Positions 9,368 through 19,194 of a DNA stretch of 64,000 nt are shown here, piece by piece. This DNA comes from Blastomonas sp. (GTDB lineage: Bacteria > Pseudomonadota > Alphaproteobacteria > Sphingomonadales > Sphingomonadaceae). The notes under the pieces are model-generated. The model was not told where the DNA came from and did no database searches. It was given only the letters and a program-made list of their open reading frames with translations. A program made the translations under genes and the position numbers. The stretch covers positions 740,582 through 804,581 of the forward strand of contig NZ_JBKBOG010000001.1 in NCBI RefSeq assembly GCF_046294995.1. The letters are read 5' to 3'. Within the stretch, counting starts at the first letter, position 1. Each line of letters begins with the position of its first letter.

Positions 9368-9509
9368 GCGCGGGGCTTTGCGGCCGTTTGGAGGGACCGT
9401 CGTTCAGCGAGTGCTACGGGAAGTGTGTCGGGGTGTCTGCTATCGGGCGGGCGACCGAGCTCATTGGATGACCGACGATGGGTGGGAAGCGGTCATTCGG
9501 TCAGAGCAG

Positions 9510-9827
9510 CTAATCTCTGCTTCCGGCTGTGTTCTCGCCCATCAGTGGCAGACCCAACTCTTTCCCGTCCAGCCATCGAACGTCGAGCCCGCTCCGTTCA
9601 CGCCGGAGCAGGAGATCGGCATGCACGCTCTGCATTGCCAGCAGCAGAGATTGGATGCTGTCCACTCCCCAGACGTTCCGCGAACTTAGGCCGTCGGGAT
9701 ACGCTATTTCATATCGGCAACTGAAATCCTGCCCATCAGAAACGGGGCGATAGAACCGGCACGTTAGCTCGGTTCCGTTGAGCAGATACGTCCGCTCTAC
9801 GAAGGGTTCGTCCTGTTTCATTGGCAT
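9510..9827 (-). CDS. Hypothetical small protein, in a locally lower-GC patch
   Basis: Open frame 9510-9902. An internal Met (MPMKQDEPF...) is taken as the start. I recognise no motif. Confidence 0.35.
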   Translation of the reverse strand: MPMKQDEPFVERTYLLNGTELTCRFYRPVSDGQDFSCRYEIAYPDGLSSRNVWGVDSIQSLLLAMQSVHADLLLRRERSGLDVRWLDGKELGLPLMGENTAGSRD

Positions 9828-9948
9828 TAGCCTGACACTGGCCGCCAATGTCCGCAATGGGGTCGTTTGCTGAACGGCAGTTTTTCGCGGATTTCGTTGC
9901 AAAGCTGCCGCCCTCCGTCAAGCCAATAGGGATGCTGAAACCCGTCAC

Positions 9949-10027
9949 CCTGAACTCGTTTCAGGGCCCATTTCTCCCCACGCGGCTTCGGTCAATCTGG
10001 CACGCTGGGACCTGAAACGAGTTCAGG
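9949..10027. repeat. Palindromic repeat family E (CCTGAACTCGTTTCAGG inverted pair)
   Basis: cctgaactcgtttcagg (9949-9965) and cctgaaacgagttcagg (10011-10027) are exact reverse complements. Confidence 0.7.
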
Positions 10028-10056
10028 ATGACGAAGGAGGGTGGCAGCGTGCTCTT

Positions 10057-10185
10057 CTCTCCCCTCCCGCATGCGGGAGGGGCAGGTCCGGCTTGCCGGG
10101 CCGGGGTGGGCCTGTAGAGACAGCCAACCGTTCAGGCCCACCCCGGCCTTCGGCCCCCCCTCCCGCTTGCGGGAGGGGAGAGAGG
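10057..10185. repeat. Inverted pair of family B-like elements (CCCCTCCCGC-N3-GCGGGAGGGG .. GGGGTGGGCC)
   Basis: ctctcccctcccgcatgcgggaggggcaggtccggcttgccgggccggggtgggcc faces ggcccaccccggccttcggccccccctcccgcttgcgggaggggagagagg. Confidence 0.7.
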
Positions 10186-10319
10186 TTGCGCTGCCTCTCG
10201 CCGCCAACCCCCAACGCGCAAGTTGTTGCGCCGCAGCAAGGCTTGGGCTATGGGCGCGGCGAGAGTGGCGTGCCGGGTACCGGCATGCCCCGGCAATCCC
10301 CTGACACAGGCTCCAATTC

Positions 10320-12164
10320 ATGTCCCTTCGCAATATCGCCATCATCGCGCACGTCGATCATGGCAAGACCACCCTTGTTGACCAGCTTTTCCGCCAGTCC
10401 GGCACCTTCCGCGACAACCAGCGCGTCGAAGAGCGCGCGATGGATTCGAACGATCTCGAGAAAGAACGCGGCATCACTATTCTGGCCAAGTGCACCTCGA
10501 TCGAATGGGACGACCAGCAGGGCAACCTGACCCGCGTCAACATCGTCGATACCCCGGGCCACGCCGACTTCGGCGGCGAAGTGGAACGCATCCTCTCGAT
10601 GGTCGATGGCGTGATCCTGCTCGTCGATGCTGCCGAAGGCGCGATGCCGCAGACCAAGTTCGTCACCGGCAAGGCGCTGGCTTTGGGCCTCAAGCCGATC
10701 GTCGTGGTCAACAAGATCGACCGTCCCGATGGCCGCCCGCAGGAAGTGCTCGACGAGGTGTTCGATCTGTTCGTGTCGTTGGAAGCCAATGACGAGCAGC
10801 TCGATTTCCCCGTTCTCTTCGCTTCGGGCCGTAACGGCTATTGCGGCAACACCCCTGAAGTGCGCGAAGGCACGCTCGAGCCGCTGTTCAAGAAGATCGT
10901 CGAGCATGTGCCGGCGCCGTCGGCCGACCCCGATGGTCCGTTCAAGTTCCTGGTCACCTTGCTCGACCGCGACAACTTCCTTGGCCGCATTCTCACCGGT
11001 CTGGTGTTTTCGGGCTCGGTCAAGACCAACCAGGCGATCCACGCGCTCGATCCCGATGGCAATATCGTTGAAACCGGCCGTGCTTCGAAGATCATGGCGT
11101 TCCGTGGCCTCGAGCGCGTTCCGGTTGACGTTGCCAATGCCGGTGACATCATTTCGATCGCAGGGATGACCACCGCGACCGTCGCCAACACCATTTGCGA
11201 GCCGACCGTGACCGAGCCGCTGCACGCGCAGCCGATCGATCCGCCGACGCTGTCGATGCGCTTTGCGGTGAACGACAGCCCGTTTGCGGGCCGCGAGGGC
11301 ACCAAGGTGACCAGCCGCATGATCCGCGACCGCCTGATGCGCGAAGCCGAATCGAACGTCGCCATCAAGATCACCGAATCGGCCGACAAGGACAGCTTCG
11401 AAGTTGCAGGGCGCGGCGAATTGCAGCTCGGCGTGCTGATCGAGACGATGCGCCGCGAAGGCTTCGAGCTGGGCATCTCACGTCCGCGCGTGCTGTTCCG
11501 CGAAGCCAGTGAAACCGAATCCGGCCAGCGCGAAGAGCCCTACGAAACCGTCGTCATCGACGTGGACGAAGAGCATTCGGGCACGGTCGTCGAGAAGATG
11601 GCGCAGCGCAAGGCCGAGATGACCGACATGCGTCCCTCGGGCGGCGGCAAGACCCGCATCACCTTCAGCGCGCCTTCGCGCGGGCTGATCGGCTATCATG
11701 GCGAGTTCCTGTCCGACACGCGCGGCACCGGCATCATGAACCGGTTGTTCGAAAAGTACGGCCCCTACAAGGGCCAGATCACCGGGCGCCAGCTCGGCGT
11801 GCTGATCTCGAACGGCACCGGCGATACCGTCGGCTATGCGCTCAACGCTCTCGAAGAGCGCGGCGTGCTGTTCCTCGGCTCGGGCGTTCCGGTCTATGAA
11901 GGCATGATCATCGGCGAAAACGCCAAGCCCGATGACCTTGAGGTCAACCCGATGAAGTCGAAGCAGCTGACGAACTTCCGTTCGACCGGCAAGGACGACG
12001 CCATCCGTCTGACCCCGCCGCGCCTGATGAGCCTGGAGCAGGCGATCGCGTACATCGACGACGACGAAATGGTCGAAGTGACCCCCAAGAACATCCGGCT
12101 GCGCAAGCGCTACCTCGATCCGAACGAGCGCAAGAAGCAGGGCCGGAAGAAGGAAGCGGCATAA
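10320..12164 (+). CDS. typA: Translational GTPase TypA/BipA
   Basis: 614 aa. [29 protein letters not shown] and NKIDR GTPase motifs with EF-G-like domains. Confidence 0.97.
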   Translation: MSLRNIAIIAHVDHGKTTLVDQLFRQSGTFRDNQRVEERAMDSNDLEKERGITILAKCTSIEWDDQQGNLTRVNIVDTPGHADFGGEVERILSMVDGVILLVDAAEGAMPQTKFVTGKALALGLKPIVVVNKIDRPDGRPQEVLDEVFDLFVSLEANDEQLDFPVLFASGRNGYCGNTPEVREGTLEPLFKKIVEHVPAPSADPDGPFKFLVTLLDRDNFLGRILTGLVFSGSVKTNQAIHALDPDGNIVETGRASKIMAFRGLERVPVDVANAGDIISIAGMTTATVANTICEPTVTEPLHAQPIDPPTLSMRFAVNDSPFAGREGTKVTSRMIRDRLMREAESNVAIKITESADKDSFEVAGRGELQLGVLIETMRREGFELGISRPRVLFREASETESGQREEPYETVVIDVDEEHSGTVVEKMAQRKAEMTDMRPSGGGKTRITFSAPSRGLIGYHGEFLSDTRGTGIMNRLFEKYGPYKGQITGRQLGVLISNGTGDTVGYALNALEERGVLFLGSGVPVYEGMIIGENAKPDDLEVNPMKSKQLTNFRSTGKDDAIRLTPPRLMSLEQAIAYIDDDEMVEVTPKNIRLRKRYLDPNERKKQGRKKEAA

Positions 12165-12261
12165 GCGCTGCAACCTCCTCCAATCTGGGGTCGTTGTCTT
12201 GCCAGCCCCCAGTAATGACGTCTAACGTCTCCCCGATTATGGTTGCTGGGGAGCAAATGGG

Positions 12262-14229
12262 GTGGACGTTGCAAGAACATTGATCGGGATGGCGGCAGTC
12301 GCGGCGCTGGCAGCTTCGGCTGCCGGTGCGCAGGCTCCGCCAGCGGCCTCGGCACCGTCGGCTTCGGCTGCGGTGTTGACCGATACGTCCGCTTATGACG
12401 CAGCGGTTTTCGCCAAGCTGCCGTTGATCAACGGCCCCAGAATATCGCCCAATGGCGAGCGCATCTTGTTTTCCACCCAGAGCGGCGGCAAGACCGTTGT
12501 CGCATTTCGGGGCGTCGCAGATAGCAAGTTGCACCCGATCGTGCTGCCGGACCGGCTCGATCTCAACTGGTACCGCTGGGCCAGCGACAACCGCATCCTG
12601 ATCAGCGTTTCGCAAACCGTCAAATGGTTCGATTCCGAGGCACGCCGATCGTATTTGCTGTCGGTCGACACCGCCACTCTCAAGACGATCTTCGTTGGTC
12701 GCAACGATCAGGGGCTTGAAGGGGACGACCTGCTGTACGTCGATCCGTCGGGTGACTGGGCCTTGCTGTCCATCCAGCGCACGCCCTACGACTATCCGTC
12801 CGTGTTCAAGGCCTGGCTGGATACCGGCAAGGTGTCGCAGATTCAGGCACCGGCCAACAATATCTGGGAATGGTTTGCCGACAACAAGGGGGTGGTGCGG
12901 ATGGGCATCACCTTTGGAGCGAACAGCAGGACCCTGTACTATCGCCCCACGGCCGACGGCGATCTGAAGAAGCTCGCCACCATCCGGAATGATGACGAAA
13001 ACCGCAGCGGGCTTCTCGAAGCCATTCGGGTCATCAGCGGTTCGGATGAAGGCTTCGTGCTTTCGATCGCCGACAATGGCCGCTATGCTCTGCACCGCTA
13101 CAACTATGTCACCCAGACGGTGGGGGAGCTGGTATATGGCGATCCCGAGCATGACGTCACCGACTTCGATCTCGCCGATGATGGCAGTCTTTCGGCTGTC
13201 TATTATGCCGACGAAAGACCGAAGGTGCACTGGTTCGATCCCGCGCAGCAAAATGTGCAGGATGCAATCGACAAGGCGCTCGGCGCCAAGCATGGCGCGC
13301 TGGTCTCGCGCAGCCGCGACGGCAAGGTGAAGATCCTGCATGTCGGCGGGTCGAACGACCCGGGGGGCTATTATGTGTTCGACGAGTCTGTCGGGACCAT
13401 GTTCCTTTTGGCGCGCACCAACGAAAGTCTTCACCCCGCCCGGCTCAGCCCAGGCAAGTACGTCAGCTACAAGGCGCGGGATGGGCTGACCATCCATGGC
13501 AATCTGACCCTGCCAAAGGGTCGCGAAGCCAAGGGCCTTCCGCTGATCATCCTGCCGCATGGTGGGCCATACGGGGTCCGCGACATGCTCAATTATGATG
13601 TCGAGGTCCAGTTTCTGGCAAACCGCGGCTATGCAGTGTTGCAGCCCAATTTTCGCGGGTCAGCCGGCTATGGCGAAGCCCATTCCAGGGCCGGGGAAGG
13701 TGCGATCGGCCGCCAGATGCAAGACGATCTGGATGATGGCATGGACTGGCTGGTCAAGGAAGGCATCGTTGATCCGGCGCGGGTGTGCGTGGTTGGAGCC
13801 TCCTATGGCGGGTACGCCGCATTATGGGCCGTGACCCGCAATCCGGATCGCTACCGGTGCGCGGCGAGCTTTGCCGGCGTTACCGATTGGCGGCGAATCC
13901 TGAAATACGATGCAAAGTTCTTCAGCCGGGCCGGCATTCGCAAGTGGCGCAGCACCATCCAGGGGGGAGAGGACTTCAACCTGGATTCGGTATCGCCGCT
14001 CGTTCAGGCGAAGCAACTGACGAGACCGGTGCTGGTGGCACAGGGGATGGAAGATGCGATCGTCCCGCCGCAGCAGGCCAAACTTTACGTCGAGGCGCTC
14101 AAGACCGCCGGCAAGGATTTCGAATACATCACCTATGAAAAGGAAGGTCATGGCTTCGACGATCCGGCCAACCTGACCGATTGGCTCAAGCGGCTCGAGA
14201 CATTCCTCGCAAAACACAATCCCGCATGA
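12262..14229 (+). CDS. S9 family serine peptidase (prolyl oligopeptidase/dipeptidyl peptidase type), secreted
   Basis: Signal peptide ..AALAASAAGAQA, beta-propeller-like N-terminal half, C-terminal hydrolase with PHGGPYG, NFRGSAGYG and the nucleophile elbow GASYGGY. GTG start. Confidence 0.85.
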   Translation: MDVARTLIGMAAVAALAASAAGAQAPPAASAPSASAAVLTDTSAYDAAVFAKLPLINGPRISPNGERILFSTQSGGKTVVAFRGVADSKLHPIVLPDRLDLNWYRWASDNRILISVSQTVKWFDSEARRSYLLSVDTATLKTIFVGRNDQGLEGDDLLYVDPSGDWALLSIQRTPYDYPSVFKAWLDTGKVSQIQAPANNIWEWFADNKGVVRMGITFGANSRTLYYRPTADGDLKKLATIRNDDENRSGLLEAIRVISGSDEGFVLSIADNGRYALHRYNYVTQTVGELVYGDPEHDVTDFDLADDGSLSAVYYADERPKVHWFDPAQQNVQDAIDKALGAKHGALVSRSRDGKVKILHVGGSNDPGGYYVFDESVGTMFLLARTNESLHPARLSPGKYVSYKARDGLTIHGNLTLPKGREAKGLPLIILPHGGPYGVRDMLNYDVEVQFLANRGYAVLQPNFRGSAGYGEAHSRAGEGAIGRQMQDDLDDGMDWLVKEGIVDPARVCVVGASYGGYAALWAVTRNPDRYRCAASFAGVTDWRRILKYDAKFFSRAGIRKWRSTIQGGEDFNLDSVSPLVQAKQLTRPVLVAQGMEDAIVPPQQAKLYVEALKTAGKDFEYITYEKEGHGFDDPANLTDWLKRLETFLAKHNPA

Positions 14230-14235
14230 ATCCCC

Positions 14236-14269
14236 GCCGAGGTCTGTGCCGCTCTGGACAGACCTCGGC
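14236..14269. terminator. Candidate bidirectional hairpin between convergent genes
   Basis: 12-bp perfect stem gccgaggtctgt / acagacctcggc with a 10-nt loop, between the peptidase stop (14229) and the gdh stop (14295). No clear U-tract. Confidence 0.4.
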
Positions 14270-14294
14270 CGGCACAAACCTCGTTCGGCGGCTG

Positions 14295-17200
14295 TTACCG
14301 CGCTAGCAATATCCGCGCCTGGCTGGCAATCTGCGCCAGCATGGCGACGCTGGGTGCGGCGTCCATCTGGGCGCGGGTCACCAGCGCGCGGAATTGCTTG
14401 ATCCTGGGCAGGTTGGCTTCGGTCCAGCTCTGCACGAAATCCTGCGGATCGCCGCCCTTGGCGCGATTGAGAAAATCGAGGCGCATCTGCTGGAAGTCGC
14501 GGGCGAGGCCTGAGACCAGCAGCCGCTCCCATGGATCGCTGGGCGACATCCGTGCTGCGGTCATCTGGGTCCAGTCGAGGCCCAATGTCGCGCCGAGATC
14601 GGCAAAGGCGTGGGTCAGCGGCAGGGGACCGGTACCGCTGGTGCTGGCCAGATTGGCAAGCCCCGCCGCGCCGTCCAGACCGGTCAGCCGGACGATGTGC
14701 GCGGCATGGACCTGCGATGCACCCTGTGCGGTCAGATCCTGCGCCTGGCGTGCTGCCTGCAGCCGCGCCTCGGCATTGAGCAGGCCGTCCATGCCTGCGA
14801 CCAGCGCATCGACACCGGGCTTCAAGGCGGCGACGATTTCACCGGGCATCAGGCCATCGGCGCTGGCGCGCAGCACGTCGGCAATGTGCACCCGCACGAT
14901 GTTGGCGGTGGCTTCGAACAGCATCAGACGGACCTGTTCGTCCATGTCGGCCGTATCGAAATCGGCCCAGATCGCAGGCAAAGCGAACAGCCGTTCGGAT
15001 GCGATGAACGCTGCGGCGACATCGCCCAGCGTGCAGCCTTCCTCCTCGGCCAGCTCGAAGGGATGGATCAGCCCCAGCCGGTTGATCATCCGGTTGGCGA
15101 GCTTGGTCGCGATGATCTCGCCGCGCAGCTGGTGCTGCATCAGGATATCGCCATAGGCCTCGCGCATCTGCGGCGGGAAGGCGGCGAGCAGCTCGGGCCG
15201 CATCGTCGGATCATCGGCGAGCGGAATGCGCTCGATCGCGTCCTGCAGCGTCAGCTTGGCGGTGGAAAGAACCACCGCGAGCTCGGGCCGGGTGAGGCCG
15301 TGGCCCTCCTGCGCGCGCCGTCTGAGCGTGACATTGTCGGCCAGGCCCTCGACCTTGCGGTCGAGCCTGCCCTGTTCCTCGAAATGCTCGATCAGCCGGA
15401 TATAGGAGGGCAGGGCGGCAACCCCGCCGCGCTCGGCGATCGAGAGCCCAAGTGCCTGCAGGCGGTTGTCCTCGAGCACCAGCGCCGAGACGTCATCGGT
15501 CATCGATGCGAGCAGCGCGTTGCGCGAGGGCTCGTCGAGCAGGCCGGCGCGCGTCACGGCCGCAAGCCCGATCTTGATGTTGACCTCGTTGTCCGAACAA
15601 TCGACGCCGGCCGAGTTGTCGATGAAATCGGTGTTGATCCGCCCGCCGAGCATCGAGAAGGCGATGCGCGCGGCCTGGGTCACGCCGAGATTGGCACCTT
15701 CGCCGACAACCTTGCAGCGCAACTGTTCGGCGTTGATGCGCAAGGGGTCGTTCGAGGGATCGCCGACGTCGATGTTGTTCTCTGACGCCGCCTTGATGTA
15801 GGTGCCGATGCCGCCGAACCAGAGCAGGTCGACGTCTGCCCGCAGGATTGCCGAGATCAGCGCGGCCGGTTCGATCTCGTCGCCCTCGACGCCGAGCATC
15901 TCCCTGACCTCGGGGGTCAGCGGGATCGATTTCATCGAGCGGGGGAAGACGCCGCCGCCCTTCGAGATCAGTGCCTTGTCGTAATCGTCCCAGCTCGAAC
16001 GCGGCAGGTCGAACATCCGCTGGCGTTCGGCCCAGCTCTTGGCCGGGTCGGGATCGGGATCGAGGAAGATATGGCGATGATCGAACGCGGCGACCAGCTT
16101 GATCGCGCGCGACAGCAGCATGCCGTTGCCGAAGACATCGCCCGACATGTCGCCGCAGCCGGCGACGCGGACCGGATCGGTCTGCACATCGACGCCCATC
16201 TCGGCAAAGTGGCGCTGGACCGAGACCCAGCCGCCCTTGGCGGTGATGCCCATCGCCTTGTGGTCATAGCCCTGCGACCCGCCCGAGGCGAACGCATCGC
16301 CCAGCCAGAAGTCGAACTCGGCAGCGATGCCGTTTGCGGTGTCGGAGAAAGTCGCGGTGCCCTTGTCGGCGGCGACCACGAAATACGGGTCCTCGCCATC
16401 ATGGATCACGACGTTTTGCGGGTGCACAACCTTGCCGTCAACGATGTTGTCGGTGACCGACAGCAGCGTGCGGATAAAGGTCTTGTAGGCGTCCTTGCCG
16501 CCGGTCAGCCAGCCTTCGCGGTCGGTGGCAGGATCGGGCAGCTGCTTGGGGAAGAACCCGCCCTTGGCGCCGGTCGGCACGATCACCGCGTTCTTGACGC
16601 GCTGCGCCTTCATCAGGCCGAGCACCTCGGTGCGGAAATCGTCGCGCCGATCGGACCAGCGCAGCCCGCCGCGCGCGACCGGACCTGCGCGCAGGTGAAT
16701 GCCTTCGACCTGCGGCGAATAGACGAACATCTCGCGCCAGGGCAGGGGCGCGGGCAGGCCGGGGACTTTGCTGCTGTCGATCTTCATGACCATCGCCAGC
16801 TCTGCAGCAGGCGCAAAGGCGTTGGTGCGCAGCACCGCCATCACCAGCGCGCGGACCATGCGCAGCAGCCGGTCGTCGTCGATCGCGGATACCTGGGTCA
16901 GCCCGTTGGTGATCGCCGTCAGGTTGGCCTGCGTCGCCGCCTCGCGGTCGCCGGTGAACGCCGGGTCGTGTCGCGCGACGAACAAGGCCACCAGTGCATG
17001 GGCAATCTCCGGCGCATCATGCAGCGCATCGACCACGGTGCCGATGCCATATGGCAGACCTGCCTGTCGCAGATACCGGTACCAGGCGCGCAACCAGATC
17101 ACCGCGCGCTGCTCAAGCCCGGTGGCAGCGATCAGCCGGTTGAACGGGTCGTTCTCCGCCTTGCCCTCGAGCGTGCCGGAAATGGCTGCCTCGATCGCCG

Positions 17201-19088
17201 GAGCCCGCAGCAACAGCGATTCAACATCGCCCTGACCGCGCAGCTGAAGCAGGAAATCATGGATGTGGCCGGGATCAGTGCTGCCCAACTGGGTGGGCAT
17301 TTCCTCGAGCACGTCGAACCCGAAATTCTCGAGCGCCGGCACGGTTTCGGAAAGCGGAATGGCGCCGGCCTGGCTGTAGAGCTTCAGCCTCAGATTCTGC
17401 GAGGCATCGAGGCTCTTGCGATAGAGACGCGCGCCCGTCTGCTCCGCGCTTTCCAGATTGCGCAGGCGCAAAATGTCCAGCGCTGCCTCCTGCGCGCCGT
17501 AGTCGCTGCGATAGGCCATCGGGAACTGCGGTGCATAGCGACCGGCAAGCGCCGCGGCGCGGCTGTCCTCGCCCAAAGCGATCAGCGCTTCTTCGACCGA
17601 GGGTTCCCAGCCGCGGATCATGGCGCGCAATGCCGCGTCCAGGGCTGCGTCATCGACCGGGATGCCGCCGTCGCGCAGATCGAGCACAAAGCGGATCAGC
17701 GCGATCTCGCCATCTTCCAGCGAGATCGACCAGCTCAAGGTCTTGCCGCCCGAAGCCTCGATCAGCATCCGCTCGATCGATACGCGCCTGCCCGTCGACA
17801 CCTCGTCGCGCGGCAGCCAGGCAAAGACGAACAGGTGGCGCTTGAGCGACGACTGCACGGTCACCAGCTTGGAGCGGGGACGATCGGCGAGCGACATCGC
17901 GGTCAGCGCGACGCGCTCGAGATTTTCCAGGCTGAACGCGATCAACAGATCGTGCGGCAGCGCTGTCAGCGCGTGCGACAGTGCCTTGCCGGCATGGCCG
18001 CTGGGCGAGAAGCCGAACTTGTCCATCAGGATCTTGAGGTGCGCGCGCAGCACCGGCACGCGCTCGGGCGCGGCGGCAAGCGCGGCGCTGGTCCAGATGC
18101 CGCCATGGACCGAAAGTGCCGACACCCGGCCCTCGTTCCAGATCGGCAGGATGATCAGATCCAGCGGCGCGCGGCGGTGGACGGTCGAAATGAAGTTCGA
18201 CTTGATGATTAAAGGCGATGCCTTGCCGCTTTCGAACCAGGCAAATGCATGTTCGAACGAATGCGCGGCGAGCAGCGGCTGTTCGTTGATCCGGGCCAGT
18301 CCCAGTGGCGCCTCGCTGGTGCCGTCACGGTGGACACGCAGATGCGCAAGCTGGGTCATGTTGCGGTCGAGGAACCAGCGCAGCAGTGCCGCCCCTTCGC
18401 CATCGGCCATCGCAGCGGCATCGGCTGCCATTGCTGCCTGCAGCATCGCCCAATCGGCGACCGCCGCGCGCACGTCAGCCATCGCACCCAGCAATGCTGC
18501 CTCGAGCGCCTTGCGCTGGCGTGCATCGGCGCGCTCGACCTCGAGATACACCACCGACTCGCGCCGCTCGCCCGGCGCTTCATCGGTATAGATTTCGCTG
18601 AGCAGACCGTCCGAATCACGGCGCAGCGCAACGACAGGGTGGATCACCCGATCGATCGCCAGCCCGAAGCGCGAAATCGCCGCCGCAATCGAATCGACCA
18701 GGAACGGCATGTCGTCGTTGATGATCGCCAGCCGCATGTGGCGGTGACCGGCCTGCCCGGGGATCGACTCGATCGCCAGCACCGTGTCGGGTGACGGCCG
18801 CCGGGCCATCGCCCTCAGCGCAAAATCCGCAGCCTCGCTGCACGCAGCATCGTCAAAGCCCTCATTCTCGCCCGGCAATGCGCCTTTCAGAAAGGCATCG
18901 GCCAGCACGTCGCGCAACCGAGCGTGGAGTTGCGGGTCTGAGAAGGGGGTTGCACCGGAAGATACGCTGGAGCCCGCGTCCGCACCGGACGCTGCATTCG
19001 GGGTTTCGGCCATGTGTTCCTCGTGCCCGCGTGCGTGCTGTATTGCCGCATCTGTTCCGGGGTTTGCTGGCTGCGGCTTATGCTCCAT
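14295..19088 (-). CDS. gdhB: NAD-specific glutamate dehydrogenase, large (~180 kDa) class
   Basis: 1597 aa. The length and conserved blocks (HLRAGPVARGGLRWSDR, VIVPTGAKGGF, VVAADKGTATFSD, GGSQGYDHKAMGITA..GAW, GDMSGDVFGNGML) are typical of this family. The start could instead be the Met at 19013. Confidence 0.93.
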   Translation of the reverse strand: MEHKPQPANPGTDAAIQHARGHEEHMAETPNAASGADAGSSVSSGATPFSDPQLHARLRDVLADAFLKGALPGENEGFDDAACSEAADFALRAMARRPSPDTVLAIESIPGQAGHRHMRLAIINDDMPFLVDSIAAAISRFGLAIDRVIHPVVALRRDSDGLLSEIYTDEAPGERRESVVYLEVERADARQRKALEAALLGAMADVRAAVADWAMLQAAMAADAAAMADGEGAALLRWFLDRNMTQLAHLRVHRDGTSEAPLGLARINEQPLLAAHSFEHAFAWFESGKASPLIIKSNFISTVHRRAPLDLIILPIWNEGRVSALSVHGGIWTSAALAAAPERVPVLRAHLKILMDKFGFSPSGHAGKALSHALTALPHDLLIAFSLENLERVALTAMSLADRPRSKLVTVQSSLKRHLFVFAWLPRDEVSTGRRVSIERMLIEASGGKTLSWSISLEDGEIALIRFVLDLRDGGIPVDDAALDAALRAMIRGWEPSVEEALIALGEDSRAAALAGRYAPQFPMAYRSDYGAQEAALDILRLRNLESAEQTGARLYRKSLDASQNLRLKLYSQAGAIPLSETVPALENFGFDVLEEMPTQLGSTDPGHIHDFLLQLRGQGDVESLLLRAPAIEAAISGTLEGKAENDPFNRLIAATGLEQRAVIWLRAWYRYLRQAGLPYGIGTVVDALHDAPEIAHALVALFVARHDPAFTGDREAATQANLTAITNGLTQVSAIDDDRLLRMVRALVMAVLRTNAFAPAAELAMVMKIDSSKVPGLPAPLPWREMFVYSPQVEGIHLRAGPVARGGLRWSDRRDDFRTEVLGLMKAQRVKNAVIVPTGAKGGFFPKQLPDPATDREGWLTGGKDAYKTFIRTLLSVTDNIVDGKVVHPQNVVIHDGEDPYFVVAADKGTATFSDTANGIAAEFDFWLGDAFASGGSQGYDHKAMGITAKGGWVSVQRHFAEMGVDVQTDPVRVAGCGDMSGDVFGNGMLLSRAIKLVAAFDHRHIFLDPDPDPAKSWAERQRMFDLPRSSWDDYDKALISKGGGVFPRSMKSIPLTPEVREMLGVEGDEIEPAALISAILRADVDLLWFGGIGTYIKAASENNIDVGDPSNDPLRINAEQLRCKVVGEGANLGVTQAARIAFSMLGGRINTDFIDNSAGVDCSDNEVNIKIGLAAVTRAGLLDEPSRNALLASMTDDVSALVLEDNRLQALGLSIAERGGVAALPSYIRLIEHFEEQGRLDRKVEGLADNVTLRRRAQEGHGLTRPELAVVLSTAKLTLQDAIERIPLADDPTMRPELLAAFPPQMREAYGDILMQHQLRGEIIATKLANRMINRLGLIHPFELAEEEGCTLGDVAAAFIASERLFALPAIWADFDTADMDEQVRLMLFEATANIVRVHIADVLRASADGLMPGEIVAALKPGVDALVAGMDGLLNAEARLQAARQAQDLTAQGASQVHAAHIVRLTGLDGAAGLANLASTSGTGPLPLTHAFADLGATLGLDWTQMTAARMSPSDPWERLLVSGLARDFQQMRLDFLNRAKGGDPQDFVQSWTEANLPRIKQFRALVTRAQMDAAPSVAMLAQIASQARILLAR

Positions 19089-19194
19089 TCACCGCAGCTT
19101 CTCAAGCGCACACCAGAGGGGGGAGGGCATTCGCGCGTAATTTTCTTTCGGCTTGTCGATAATTTGTTGCTTACGCGTAACAGCGGCGCCCGGG

